Below, in pieces: positions 25,282-34,376 of a stretch of 64,000 bases of DNA. Both the position numbers and the translations under genes were made by a program. This DNA comes from an uncultured Akkermansia sp. (lineage in GTDB: Bacteria > Verrucomicrobiota > Verrucomicrobiia > Verrucomicrobiales > V1-33): the NCBI GenBank assembly GCA_964523105.1, contig CAZFZN010000018.1, forward strand, positions 21,786 through 85,785, read 5' to 3'. Under the pieces are notes generated by a model. The model was not told where the DNA came from. It ran no database searches and was given only the letters and a program-made list of their open reading frames with translations. Each line of letters opens with the position of its first letter. Position 1 is the first letter of the stretch.

Positions 25282-28143
25282 TCAATAGATCCATAAGAAC
25301 TCATTGGAGTTGAAAAGCGCGAGGCACACATCGGCGAAAGCACGGGTCCTGGCGTCGCAGTCCGGGGGCTGCAGGTCGGGCACGAAGTCCGCGGCGGCGT
25401 GCAGCTTTTCGGTGAAGGAAAACTTTTCGCCGGTGTTTTCCTCCACTGCATTGCGGCGCACTTCCAGGGGCGGCCGGACCGCAACGAACCGGGCCCTGGC
25501 CTGAATCCCCTCCATTTCGCGCCAGTGAGCGAGGCAGGCGGTTAGTTCGCCGGCTTGAGGGACACGGCCATAAACGAGCAGGAAGGCGCGCTCGATCGCA
25601 TCGGAGTCGTTCCGGCTCTCTTTCAGAACCCGGGCCGCAAGGGCTAGAGAGCGCGCGTGACTTGCCGGGCTGTTGAAAAACGTGAAGACCTGCGGCGTGA
25701 CGGTGCTGACTTCGCGGCGCTCGCAGGAGAAGTCCGGCGACGGTGCGTTGAAGACCTCCATCGCGGGGGCGGCGAGGCCGCGGAGTTTCAGCGAGTAGAG
25801 CGAGCGGCGGTGACGCTGGGAGGGCAGGGGATTGGGCACCCATGCGGCGGCAAAGGTGCCCATGACCTGCCTCGGCTGGAGCGCCGCAACGGCATTGATT
25901 TCGGGCCGGCCGGGAATGCCTCCTGGCGTGCGGTTCAATTCCCCGCTCGCCGCCAGCATCGCGTCGCGCAGTTCCTCCGCAGTGAGCCGGCGCGGCAGGA
26001 AGACGGCATAGGCAGCGCCGGCGGCGTCTTTGTCTGCGGCAGCCTGACGGTTGAGAGCCACGGCACCGCGGCGATAGGCTTCGCTCGACATGATGAGCCG
26101 GTGCATGGCTTTGACTGACCAGCCGCTGGCGACGAATTCCGCCGCCAGCCAGTCGAGCAGTTCCGGGTGAGTGGGTTTCTTTCCGGTGCTGCCGAAGTTG
26201 TTGGGATTTCCGGCAAGGGGCTGACCGAAATGCCACATCCAAATCCGGTTCACCATGACGCGTGCGGTCAGTGGATTCTCCGCCGAAGCCACCCAGGCCG
26301 CGAACGCTTTGCGCCGTCCGGCGATGCCGTCAGGGATGTCCGCCTTCGCACCGGGATTGAAGGCGGTGACGGCGCTGAGCACGCCGGGCGATACTTTTTC
26401 CCCCGGCGAAGACGGATCGCCGCCTGACAGAATGGACGTCTCCTCCAGTTCACCGGTTTTCATCCGGTCCGGCGGCATGCGCTGCGGTGCATTGACCGAG
26501 GTTTGTTGCGGCGTGCGGCCGCTATAAACCGAGAGTGCGAAGGGTTGATAACGCTCCAGCTCCCAGCGCAGCCGTTCGAGCCCTTTGCGGGCGACCCGTT
26601 CGAGTCCGAACTCCTCCGGAGTGAAGCCCGTCAGTTTCGGCGGGTATTGATCCTCTGCGAGCCCCGCCTTGCGCATCGCCTCGCGGGCCATGGAAAACAC
26701 ATCGGAAAAGCCGCGCCGGCTGTTGCCCCCGTCACGCTGCAGCCCGGCGACCGCGGCGTTCCACTTCGCCGGATCGAGCTTCTGTTCCGCGTACCAGCGC
26801 CGGGCATTCTCCAGCAGCTTCGCATCCAGCCGCGCGAGGGAGGCGAGGTGTTCCGCCCGTCGCAGCTCCGCGTATTTCCGTTCTTCGAATCCCGCCGTGT
26901 TCTCGCTCTTCAAAAACGGCGCCGCCCGCTCCGCCAGCTGGGTCGTCGCGAAAACCGCCTGCACCGCATAGTAATCGCGCGCCGGCACGGGATCGAACTT
27001 GTGATCATGGCAGCGGGCGCACTGCAGCGAATGTGCGAGGAAAGTTTCACCGACCGCATTCGTCACATCGTCGAGGAACCGCTGCCGCGCCACCTTCGGC
27101 ACTTCCATCGCGGTCAGCTCCCACGGCCCCATGCGCAGGAAGCCCGCGGCCACCAGCAGTTCCGGATCGCCCGGTGCGATTTCGTCGCCCGCGATTTGCT
27201 CCCTGACAAACCGGTCGTAGGGCCGGTCTTCATGGAAGGCCCGCACCACATAGTCGCGGTAGCGCCATGCATTGCCGCGCTCGTAGTCGTTCGCAAATCC
27301 GCTCGAATCGGCATACCGCACCACGTCCAGCCAGTGCTGCGCCATGCGTTCGCCGTAATGAGGCGACGCGAGCAGCCGGTCGATGAGACGATCCACCGCA
27401 GGGCGGTCCCCGGCATTCGATTCGCGCTCGAATTGCGCTGCCTCTTCCGGCGACGGCGGGAGTCCCGTGAGATCGAAGGTGGCGCGCCTGACAAAAGTGC
27501 GCGCGTCCGCCGGCGGAGCGGCCGCCAGTCCTGCGGGCATGGCTGCTTCGAGGAACGCATCCACCGGGTGGCGCCCGGGAGCGCCCGGCACCGCAGGCCT
27601 CCGCACCGGCTGATACGCCCACAAGGCATCCGGAAGATAACGCCGGCTGGTCCATTCCGGTGAAAGGCCCCCGCTCGTCGGGACGGGCGTGCCGTCCTCC
27701 GCGGCCCACTTCGCGGCATTCACCCGCGCGATTTCCGCGCGCCGGGTTTCATCCGGCCAGGGCGCCCCGGCCCGGATCCACGCCCCGATGAATTCCATCT
27801 CTCCGGCGTCGAGTCTGTCCGCCTCCTTGGGAGGCATGGGCTCCCATGTTTCGTGGGAGCGCCCCACCGCATGAAATAGCGGGCTTTGTTCCGGCCGGCC
27901 CGCGACCAGCGCCGGCTGGCCGCTCTCGCCTCCCTGCAACAGAGATTCGAGCGAACGCATGTCGAGCCCGCCTTTCATTTTGGCCGGATCGTCGCCGTGG
28001 CAGGCGAGGCACTTCGCTTTGAAGAGGGGCGCGATCCTGCGCACGAAAAGTTCCTCGCCTTCCTGAGACTCCGCAGCGGATCCAGCCTGCATCCACGCGG
28101 AGCAGATAAGAGGAAGAAATGTCAGGCGGAGCATGGCGGACAT
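25282..28143 (-). CDS. PSCyt1/PSCyt2(DUF1549)/PSD1(DUF1553) family protein (planctomycete-type cytochrome c domain protein)
   Basis: Signal peptide; haem motif 'CLACHG'; 'DRLIDRLLASPHYGERMAQHWLDVVRYADS'; 'CARCHDHKFDP'; and a long DUF1553-type C-terminal region. Confidence 0.9.
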   Translation of the reverse strand: MSAMLRLTFLPLICSAWMQAGSAAESQEGEELFVRRIAPLFKAKCLACHGDDPAKMKGGLDMRSLESLLQGGESGQPALVAGRPEQSPLFHAVGRSHETWEPMPPKEADRLDAGEMEFIGAWIRAGAPWPDETRRAEIARVNAAKWAAEDGTPVPTSGGLSPEWTSRRYLPDALWAYQPVRRPAVPGAPGRHPVDAFLEAAMPAGLAAAPPADARTFVRRATFDLTGLPPSPEEAAQFERESNAGDRPAVDRLIDRLLASPHYGERMAQHWLDVVRYADSSGFANDYERGNAWRYRDYVVRAFHEDRPYDRFVREQIAGDEIAPGDPELLVAAGFLRMGPWELTAMEVPKVARQRFLDDVTNAVGETFLAHSLQCARCHDHKFDPVPARDYYAVQAVFATTQLAERAAPFLKSENTAGFEERKYAELRRAEHLASLARLDAKLLENARRWYAEQKLDPAKWNAAVAGLQRDGGNSRRGFSDVFSMAREAMRKAGLAEDQYPPKLTGFTPEEFGLERVARKGLERLRWELERYQPFALSVYSGRTPQQTSVNAPQRMPPDRMKTGELEETSILSGGDPSSPGEKVSPGVLSAVTAFNPGAKADIPDGIAGRRKAFAAWVASAENPLTARVMVNRIWMWHFGQPLAGNPNNFGSTGKKPTHPELLDWLAAEFVASGWSVKAMHRLIMSSEAYRRGAVALNRQAAADKDAAGAAYAVFLPRRLTAEELRDAMLAASGELNRTPGGIPGRPEINAVAALQPRQVMGTFAAAWVPNPLPSQRHRRSLYSLKLRGLAAPAMEVFNAPSPDFSCERREVSTVTPQVFTFFNSPASHARSLALAARVLKESRNDSDAIERAFLLVYGRVPQAGELTACLAHWREMEGIQARARFVAVRPPLEVRRNAVEENTGEKFSFTEKLHAAADFVPDLQPPDCDARTRAFADVCLALFNSNEFLWIY

Positions 28144-28243
28144 GGGATCCGGAATGCTTACCGTCGATGCTGCAGCACGGCAATTCCGTTCATCCGGAGG
28201 GGGCTGGCAGTTTCCCGCACCCGGACGCTGTGCCCGGGATGGC

Positions 28244-29251
28244 CTAGCTGTTCTTGCGGGTTCCGGCCACCAGTCCGGCGCCGTGCTTTCGCAGCAACTC
28301 GAAACCCATCAGACACAGTCCCACGGCGGCGAGGGCGAGCACCTGACCCTGGAATCCGAGCGCCGCACGCTCGTTATAGCAGGTCCAGATGAACTGCCCC
28401 ACACAGAGCACCGCGACGAAAATGAGCGTGTGTTTTCGCCCGATGATATCGACCATGAGAGCGCCGAGCGGCGCCCCCAGGGCCACGATCGGCGCGGCGG
28501 CGAGCCAGTTGCCAAAGACGCCGGGCTGAACGCCGGTGGTCAGGTTTTTGATGAGAATGCCGAGCACGGAGGTGAAAGCCATAATGATGACCGAAGTGGG
28601 TATCGCGATCTTGAGGTCGGCGCGGCACAGCAGCACGAGAATGGTGTAGATCACCATGTCGATGCCCACGCCGGTGACGGCGGCCACCGTGGCACCGGAG
28701 GCAAGGCCGGCTGCGAAACCCACGCGAAAATCCCAGCGCTCGTCAAACTCCGTCATGCCGTGACGCGAGGCGATCTCTCCGATTCGCCAAAGATGCAGCA
28801 CGCCGAAGCTGGCCCAGACCACCGCGAACACCAGCTTGATCCAAAGTTCCGGAACCAGCGGCGCGAGGGCGAAGATTCCCAAAGGAAGTCCCGCCACTGC
28901 ACCCGCCATGGCGCCTTTAAGCATGGACCACGCGAGCGGCTGCCGCCGGCAAAGGATGAAGATGGCCGCACTGGTCATGCCGATGGACTGCACGGCGAAA
29001 CTGAAATCCCGTCCGAGACTGGCGGGCTGGTCGAACAGCAGCACGAGAATGGGAAATCCCACAGTGCCTCCGCCCATCGGTGTGGACCCCGCGACATAAC
29101 TGCCCGCCGCCATGGACAGCGCGATGGGCCAGTGCTCCGTGACCATGGCCCACCGGTCGTGTCCGAAGACGAGCCATGCCCATGTGGTGTAGAAGGCGGC
29201 CAGCCAGAGGAACCAGATCCAAAGGCGTTTTTTCAGCGGGGGATTGATCAT
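28244..29251 (-). CDS. TauE/SafE (DUF81) family anion permease
   Basis: 335 aa and hydrophobic throughout (about 8 TM). 'GSYVAGSTPMGGGTVGFPILVLLF' is typical of the family. The opposite-strand 452-aa ORF is low-complexity. Confidence 0.8.
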   Translation of the reverse strand: MINPPLKKRLWIWFLWLAAFYTTWAWLVFGHDRWAMVTEHWPIALSMAAGSYVAGSTPMGGGTVGFPILVLLFDQPASLGRDFSFAVQSIGMTSAAIFILCRRQPLAWSMLKGAMAGAVAGLPLGIFALAPLVPELWIKLVFAVVWASFGVLHLWRIGEIASRHGMTEFDERWDFRVGFAAGLASGATVAAVTGVGIDMVIYTILVLLCRADLKIAIPTSVIIMAFTSVLGILIKNLTTGVQPGVFGNWLAAAPIVALGAPLGALMVDIIGRKHTLIFVAVLCVGQFIWTCYNERAALGFQGQVLALAAVGLCLMGFELLRKHGAGLVAGTRKNS

Positions 29252-29448
29252 GAGCGCCGCTCTGTATCGTCAGGGCGGCGGATTGCAATGACTCTGGAGC
29301 CGGGGAAGCGCAGCGGCCGTCAGGTCCTGCCGGGGGGGAGCGGCAATTCCCTGGAAAAGCGATGGGTCCGCGGCGAAAGCAGGCGACCGGACGCCGCGCC
29401 GGCGCGACCGCTTGCACCGGCGCGGCCGCGCGGCGGACCCTGCCATTC

Positions 29449-30066
29449 ATGTTCCGACGCTTCCTCGCCAAAGTTCTCACGCCGCCCATGATCGTGCTGG
29501 CGTCGCTGTTCATGTTTCTGGAGGACTGGGTGTGGGATCATCTCGCGGCTCTGATGGCATGGCTGGCCCGCGCGCCGGTGCTGCGCTGGCTGGAATCCCG
29601 CATCGCCGCTCTGCCGCCCTATCCGGCCCTCGCGCTGTTCATTCTGCCCGGATTGCTCCTGATGCCGGTGAAGATCGTCGCGCTGTGGCTCATCGCACAC
29701 GGTCAGGCCCTGGCCGGCGGCGGCGTGTTTCTCGCGGCCAAAGTGGTCGGCACGGCGATTGTTGCGCGGCTGTTCGCCATCTGCCGCCCGACGCTGCTCA
29801 CGGTGAAGTGGTTCCGGTCTGTTTATGAGTGGCTCCTGCGGCTCAAGGCCCGCCTCTATCATTCCGCGCCGTGGCAGGCCGCCGTCGCATGGAAGAACCG
29901 CCTCCGGGCGCGCTGGCGGGAATTCACCGCTCCCTGGCGCGGCGGGCGACTTAAGCGGCGCTGGCGCGCGGTGACATGGCTGATGCGCCGGAAATTCCGC
30001 AGGCCGCACGCCGCGCCGCAGGCGGAAAAGCGTCCCGGCACGGGAGAGGCGGGAGAATCCTCCTGA
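29449..30066 (+). CDS. Hypothetical membrane protein with Arg/Trp-rich C-terminal tail
   Basis: Start chosen at 'MFRRFLAKVLTPPMIVLASLFMFLEDWVW'. There are 3-4 TM segments. The basic tail is 'RLRARWREFTAPWRGGRLKRRWRAVTWLMRRKFRR'. No family recognised. Confidence 0.55.
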   Translation: MFRRFLAKVLTPPMIVLASLFMFLEDWVWDHLAALMAWLARAPVLRWLESRIAALPPYPALALFILPGLLLMPVKIVALWLIAHGQALAGGGVFLAAKVVGTAIVARLFAICRPTLLTVKWFRSVYEWLLRLKARLYHSAPWQAAVAWKNRLRARWREFTAPWRGGRLKRRWRAVTWLMRRKFRRPHAAPQAEKRPGTGEAGESS

Positions 30067-30078
30067 CACATCGCCGGC

Positions 30079-31467
30079 TCAGCCCTGCGGCTGGGGCACC
30101 ATGCCGGTGTCCGGCGGCGCTGCCGCAGCAAGGCTTCCGTTCAGGGCGCGGCGCAGCGCCAGCGGCATCAGCCATGCGGAGACAGCCAGCATCCCCGCGG
30201 CGGCGGCCGTGACGGCTCCCGTGAGCCCGTGGCTGCGGATGCCATACCATGTGAGCACGAGGATCAGCGCGGCTTCCCCGAGCAGGATTATTGCCGCGGT
30301 GCGTGCTAGGCCGATGCTCCCGAGCATCACGTAATGCAGGTGCGACCATGCGCTGAAAGCGAACAGCACTCCGAACGCCGTGAACTGCGCGGTGGTGATG
30401 CCGCCGTCCGTCTTCAGCCACCAGCGCGTGAACCACGGCCCCAGCAGGGAGAAGCCGCACACGACGAGGACCGCGCACGGTGCGAAGTATTTCATCATCT
30501 GCACGCGCGCCGCGCCCACCCAGACGAAGTCGCGCCGGTGCGCGGCATCGGCCATCGCCGGCCAAAGCGGGCGTGTGATCATAATGACGAAGCCCATGCC
30601 GATGAGCCCCAGTTGTGTCAGGATCCAGTAATGCGCCACGTCCGCCGCGCCGCCGTGCGCGTCGCTGCGGCCCAGCATGAATTTCGGCGCCTCGCGCACC
30701 ACGATGGGCGCCACCATGCCGGCGGCGAAGAGCGCCAGTCCTTCAAACGTCATGCTGCGCACCAGCCGCCGGTCGATGCGTCGCAGCGAAGGCACCAGCC
30801 ACGGGCGCTTCCACAGCAGGCTCGCGGCGTTCGCGCCCGAAAAGCCAATCAGCAGTCCATAGACCGCCACGATGAGAAACACGGGCGCGGGGAACACCGC
30901 AATGCCGAGCCAGAGCAACCCGGCGGCACAGACGTTGTGCACCGAGCCGAAGGCGTTGCCGATGTGGATCTCCTGGTAGCCCTCCCGCGCCCGCTCCAGA
31001 GCCGCGAGAATCATGAGCGTAACGAAGATGCCCAGGCTCACCCATGCGGTTTGCCTGAGTTCGCTTTCGTACGGCGCGAAGGCGTCGCTGAAGAGCGTCG
31101 TCATCGGCACCGCTGTGAACAGCAGCGCAATGATCAGTCCGCCGGTGAGCGCGAGTGCGGTGGATACGAAGAACGCGGTGCTGACGATGACTCCCTGACG
31201 TTCCTGGTCGCCCGATGCCACGGCGCCCGCGAGGCGCCGCACCATTCCCGGGCCCGTGCCGAGGTCAGCCATGCTCACCAGCCACATGAGCGACTGCATC
31301 ACGCCGAAAATCGCCGCGCGCTCCTCTCCCAGCAGATGATAGGCGAGCGGGATGGAAATGAGCATCAGCAGGACGTTCCCGCCCTTGCTCAGGATGCTGG
31401 TGAACACCGCGAGCAGGATGCTGCGCCTGCGGTGTTGCCGGGGACAGTGGCCGGTGGGCGGGTTCAT
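30079..31467 (-). CDS. Polysaccharide flippase (Wzx/MOP superfamily)
   Basis: 462 aa from ATG 31467 ('MNPPTGH..ILLAVFTSILSKGGNVLLMLISIPLAYHLLGEERAAIFGV'). About 12 TM. The start overlaps the upstream stop (ATGA at 31464-31467). Confidence 0.75.
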   Translation of the reverse strand: MNPPTGHCPRQHRRRSILLAVFTSILSKGGNVLLMLISIPLAYHLLGEERAAIFGVMQSLMWLVSMADLGTGPGMVRRLAGAVASGDQERQGVIVSTAFFVSTALALTGGLIIALLFTAVPMTTLFSDAFAPYESELRQTAWVSLGIFVTLMILAALERAREGYQEIHIGNAFGSVHNVCAAGLLWLGIAVFPAPVFLIVAVYGLLIGFSGANAASLLWKRPWLVPSLRRIDRRLVRSMTFEGLALFAAGMVAPIVVREAPKFMLGRSDAHGGAADVAHYWILTQLGLIGMGFVIMITRPLWPAMADAAHRRDFVWVGAARVQMMKYFAPCAVLVVCGFSLLGPWFTRWWLKTDGGITTAQFTAFGVLFAFSAWSHLHYVMLGSIGLARTAAIILLGEAALILVLTWYGIRSHGLTGAVTAAAAGMLAVSAWLMPLALRRALNGSLAAAAPPDTGMVPQPQG

Positions 31468-32873
31468 GCAGGGGCGATCCGGGGAAGTGCCGCCGCGAGC
31501 AGCTGTGCCGTCCGCTGACGGGCCGCGGTGAGGTGCCGCGCATCGCGCAACACGAGCTGCGGCAGTGCGGCGATGAATCCGAGCACCAGTCCGGCGGCGC
31601 GCTCGATGAAGGGGTTGAATGTCAGGCTCGCGGCCAGAAACGCGAGCATGCCCGCGAACGGCAGCCAGCCGAAATGGAGCGGGGCCGCGCCCGTCAGCGC
31701 GGCGCACCTGCCCGCCTGCCATGCCATGACGGTGGCGATGAGGAAGAAGGCGATGTGAAAGCCGAGGCTGATGATTCCGCCGCTGAAAAGGGCGTAAGTC
31801 CAGATCGCGTGGCCGGGAAACCAGATTTCGCGGAAGTCGGCGCGGAAGACGTCCTGACTGCCGTAAGTGTAGGCGCAGAGTTCCGGCGCGTAGGCTTCGT
31901 CCCAGTAATACTTCTGCCCGATACCCATGCCGAAGGTGTAGTTCAGCGGATCGCCGTTGAGAATTCTGATGAAGGCATCCGTCTCCGCGAGACGTGTCAG
32001 GGCGGACGGATCCATGCTGGAGGATTCACTGCCCGTCGCGTGGAAGAGGCGCTCCTCCCAGCGGGTCAGGACGTGAGGATTCGCTGCGAGGAACAGCCCG
32101 GAAGCCAGCAGCAAAGCCGCGAGCCCGCCGGCCAGATGCCGCAATTTGGCGCCTCCGAAGCCTGGCGGAAGCATGCCGTGCCTCCGGCTGAACCATGCGC
32201 CAATCAAAGCACCGAGCATGGCCGCCCCGATAATGAAAACCGCACTGCGGGTCACACTGTAGGCATAAGAGGCGATGCCCAGTCCGCCCAGCAGCACCGG
32301 CCACACCGGCCGTGTGCGCTGCAGAAAAAGTCCGCACATGAGAAACGCCATCAGCAGCGGGAGCGACTGGCTGAGCATTTCCACCCGCACCTGCTCCGGA
32401 TTCGCTCCGGAAATCACGAGTGCATGGAAGGCCCGCCACACCACGTTGAACGCGCAGGCCAGCAGCATTGGCAGCAGCACCCGGCGAAACGAAACGCCGA
32501 AGCCGGAGGCCACCTGACAAACGATCATGCTCGTGAGGACGAGGAACCAGGGGATGATGGTGCGGATGTAGTTGCCCGGCGCCACCTGCTGCACTAGCGC
32601 CGTGACGGCGCTGCCGGCGAGAAAGACACTCCACAGCAGAATCAGCCAGCCGAGCGGCCGCAGAAAGAGGACGCGCCACCCGATAACCGCCATCAGCAGC
32701 CCGGTTCCTGCGGTGACGGCGAACGTGACCATCTGCAGGGCCGTGCCTCCCTGCTCGCCGCGGAAGTCGAGCGCCCATGAAAGGCAATAGATCCACGTCA
32801 GTACGAGCACGGAGCGGCGGCTGGCGGCGGACGTGGCGCCGGCGCCGGGGAAAGGCATCGTTTCAGCACGCAT
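31464..32873 (-). CDS. O-antigen ligase/polymerase-like (Wzy-type) membrane protein
   Basis: 469 aa and polytopic (10+ TM), with one larger loop. It sits between the priming transferase and the flippase. The call rests mainly on topology and context. Confidence 0.6.
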   Translation of the reverse strand: MRAETMPFPGAGATSAASRRSVLVLTWIYCLSWALDFRGEQGGTALQMVTFAVTAGTGLLMAVIGWRVLFLRPLGWLILLWSVFLAGSAVTALVQQVAPGNYIRTIIPWFLVLTSMIVCQVASGFGVSFRRVLLPMLLACAFNVVWRAFHALVISGANPEQVRVEMLSQSLPLLMAFLMCGLFLQRTRPVWPVLLGGLGIASYAYSVTRSAVFIIGAAMLGALIGAWFSRRHGMLPPGFGGAKLRHLAGGLAALLLASGLFLAANPHVLTRWEERLFHATGSESSSMDPSALTRLAETDAFIRILNGDPLNYTFGMGIGQKYYWDEAYAPELCAYTYGSQDVFRADFREIWFPGHAIWTYALFSGGIISLGFHIAFFLIATVMAWQAGRCAALTGAAPLHFGWLPFAGMLAFLAASLTFNPFIERAAGLVLGFIAALPQLVLRDARHLTAARQRTAQLLAAALPRIAPA

Positions 32874-34362
32874 TGTCGCGTTTCACAAAGGTCAGGAGCA
32901 TGATCTGGAAGTCCCACAGCAGATTCCAGTTTTCGATGTAGAAGAGATCGTACTTCACGCGCTCTCGCAGGCAGGTGTCGCCGCGGAAACCGTTCACCTG
33001 CGCCCAGCCGGTGATGCCCGGCTTGACGTCGTGCCGCGCCTGATAGTGCGGGATTTCCTCCTTGAGCGCGGCGATCAGTTCCGGGCGCTCCGGACGCGGC
33101 CCCACCAGACTCATTTCGCCGTTCAGCACGTTCCAGAACTGGGGCAGTTCGTCGAGGTTGTACTTTCGCATCAAGCTGCCGCACTTCAGCAGCCGGGGAT
33201 CGCCTTTTACGGTCCAGCCCACCCCGTGCTGTTCGCTGTCGCGCCGCATGCTGCGGATTTTCCAGATGCGGAATGACTTGCCGTCGCGTCCCGCGCGCGT
33301 CTGGCTGTAGAAGACCGGGCCGCGGTCCTCGAGCCAAACCAGCACGCCCAGCAGCAGGATGACCGGCGCGCTCAGCAGGAGGCCGAGCAGCGCGCCGGCG
33401 ATGTCCGCAGTGCGTTTCAGGTATTGATTGAACGGCGAGTGCAGCGGCAGCCGGCTCACGCCCAGCACCGGCACGCCGCGGATGCTGTCGAGACTCAGGC
33501 CGCTGAGCAGAATCTGGAAACAGTTCGGCACGATTTTGAAATCCACCAGTTCCTTCTCGCACAGCACCGAGAGGCCGGTGAGCTGGTCGCGCGACAGATT
33601 CAGGTCGCTCACCAGCACCAAATCGATATCCCCGCGGGTGACGATGCGCTGCAGTTCATCGAACTCCCCGGCGATTGAAATGTCAGGGCCGGGTCGCAGA
33701 CTGCCGAACCCGCCCGGCGGGCGAACCACGCCGGCCACTTCGTAGGTATGGCGCTTCGATTCGGTGAGGCGGGACACGAGATTTTGCGAATCCTCCGACC
33801 AGCCGACCAGCAGCACGCGCTCCTTGAGCCGGCGGGCCGACTGTTCGCGGCGCACAAGCCGGTTGAGCACCACACGCCACGTCAAAAGTCCCACCAGACA
33901 AAGCGCGAAGCCGATCCCGCAATAAAGGCGCGAGACGGCCGGCTGCACTTTCAGCACGAAGGACACCCCCATGATGCACACCACCCACGCGAGACACGCT
34001 TTGGCGATGGACTGGCTGACGCCGGTCAGCGACAGCAGATGCTGCGGGTGATAGGTGCGGAAGTGCACCAGCAACACGCCCATGAGCGCGATGCCGGTGA
34101 GTATGTGGCCCAGGTAGTCATTGAAGATCACCGATTCGGCAAAGTAGCCCCGGCTTTGCAGAGGGCTGACGAACCGCACCCAGTAGGCCAGCAACAGCAT
34201 CCATGCGATGACGGCGAGATCGCCGAGGAAACTGACGATCTCCATCCTGGCGGTGAAGTTGCGGCGGTCGGCGCGGCGTTCGAGCCCGGTGCGGTGGGTG
34301 AGGTCACTTGCGGCGACGGCACGGACCGGGGGAAGCGAGGTGAGGGCGGCGGTGTTCTGCAT
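32863..34362 (-). CDS. Polyprenyl-phosphate glycosylphosphotransferase (WbaP/EpsB-like priming sugar transferase)
   Basis: 499 aa from ATG 34362. There are N-terminal TM segments. The C-terminal 'bacterial sugar transferase' motifs are 'DELPQFWNVLNGEMSLVGPRPERP' and 'KPGITGWAQVNGFRGD'. Confidence 0.88.
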   Translation of the reverse strand: MQNTAALTSLPPVRAVAASDLTHRTGLERRADRRNFTARMEIVSFLGDLAVIAWMLLLAYWVRFVSPLQSRGYFAESVIFNDYLGHILTGIALMGVLLVHFRTYHPQHLLSLTGVSQSIAKACLAWVVCIMGVSFVLKVQPAVSRLYCGIGFALCLVGLLTWRVVLNRLVRREQSARRLKERVLLVGWSEDSQNLVSRLTESKRHTYEVAGVVRPPGGFGSLRPGPDISIAGEFDELQRIVTRGDIDLVLVSDLNLSRDQLTGLSVLCEKELVDFKIVPNCFQILLSGLSLDSIRGVPVLGVSRLPLHSPFNQYLKRTADIAGALLGLLLSAPVILLLGVLVWLEDRGPVFYSQTRAGRDGKSFRIWKIRSMRRDSEQHGVGWTVKGDPRLLKCGSLMRKYNLDELPQFWNVLNGEMSLVGPRPERPELIAALKEEIPHYQARHDVKPGITGWAQVNGFRGDTCLRERVKYDLFYIENWNLLWDFQIMLLTFVKRDNAC

Positions 34363-34376
34363 GTCAGGGGAAAATG

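Noticed and set aside
28133-29491. 452-aa plus-strand ORF opposite the TauE-like gene. The same applies to the 438-aa plus-strand ORF at 34374-35690 opposite the Wzc-like gene.
   Set aside because: The compositions are charged and low-complexity (R/G/H/E-rich). The opposite strand encodes a coherent polytopic membrane protein and a P-loop kinase respectively.
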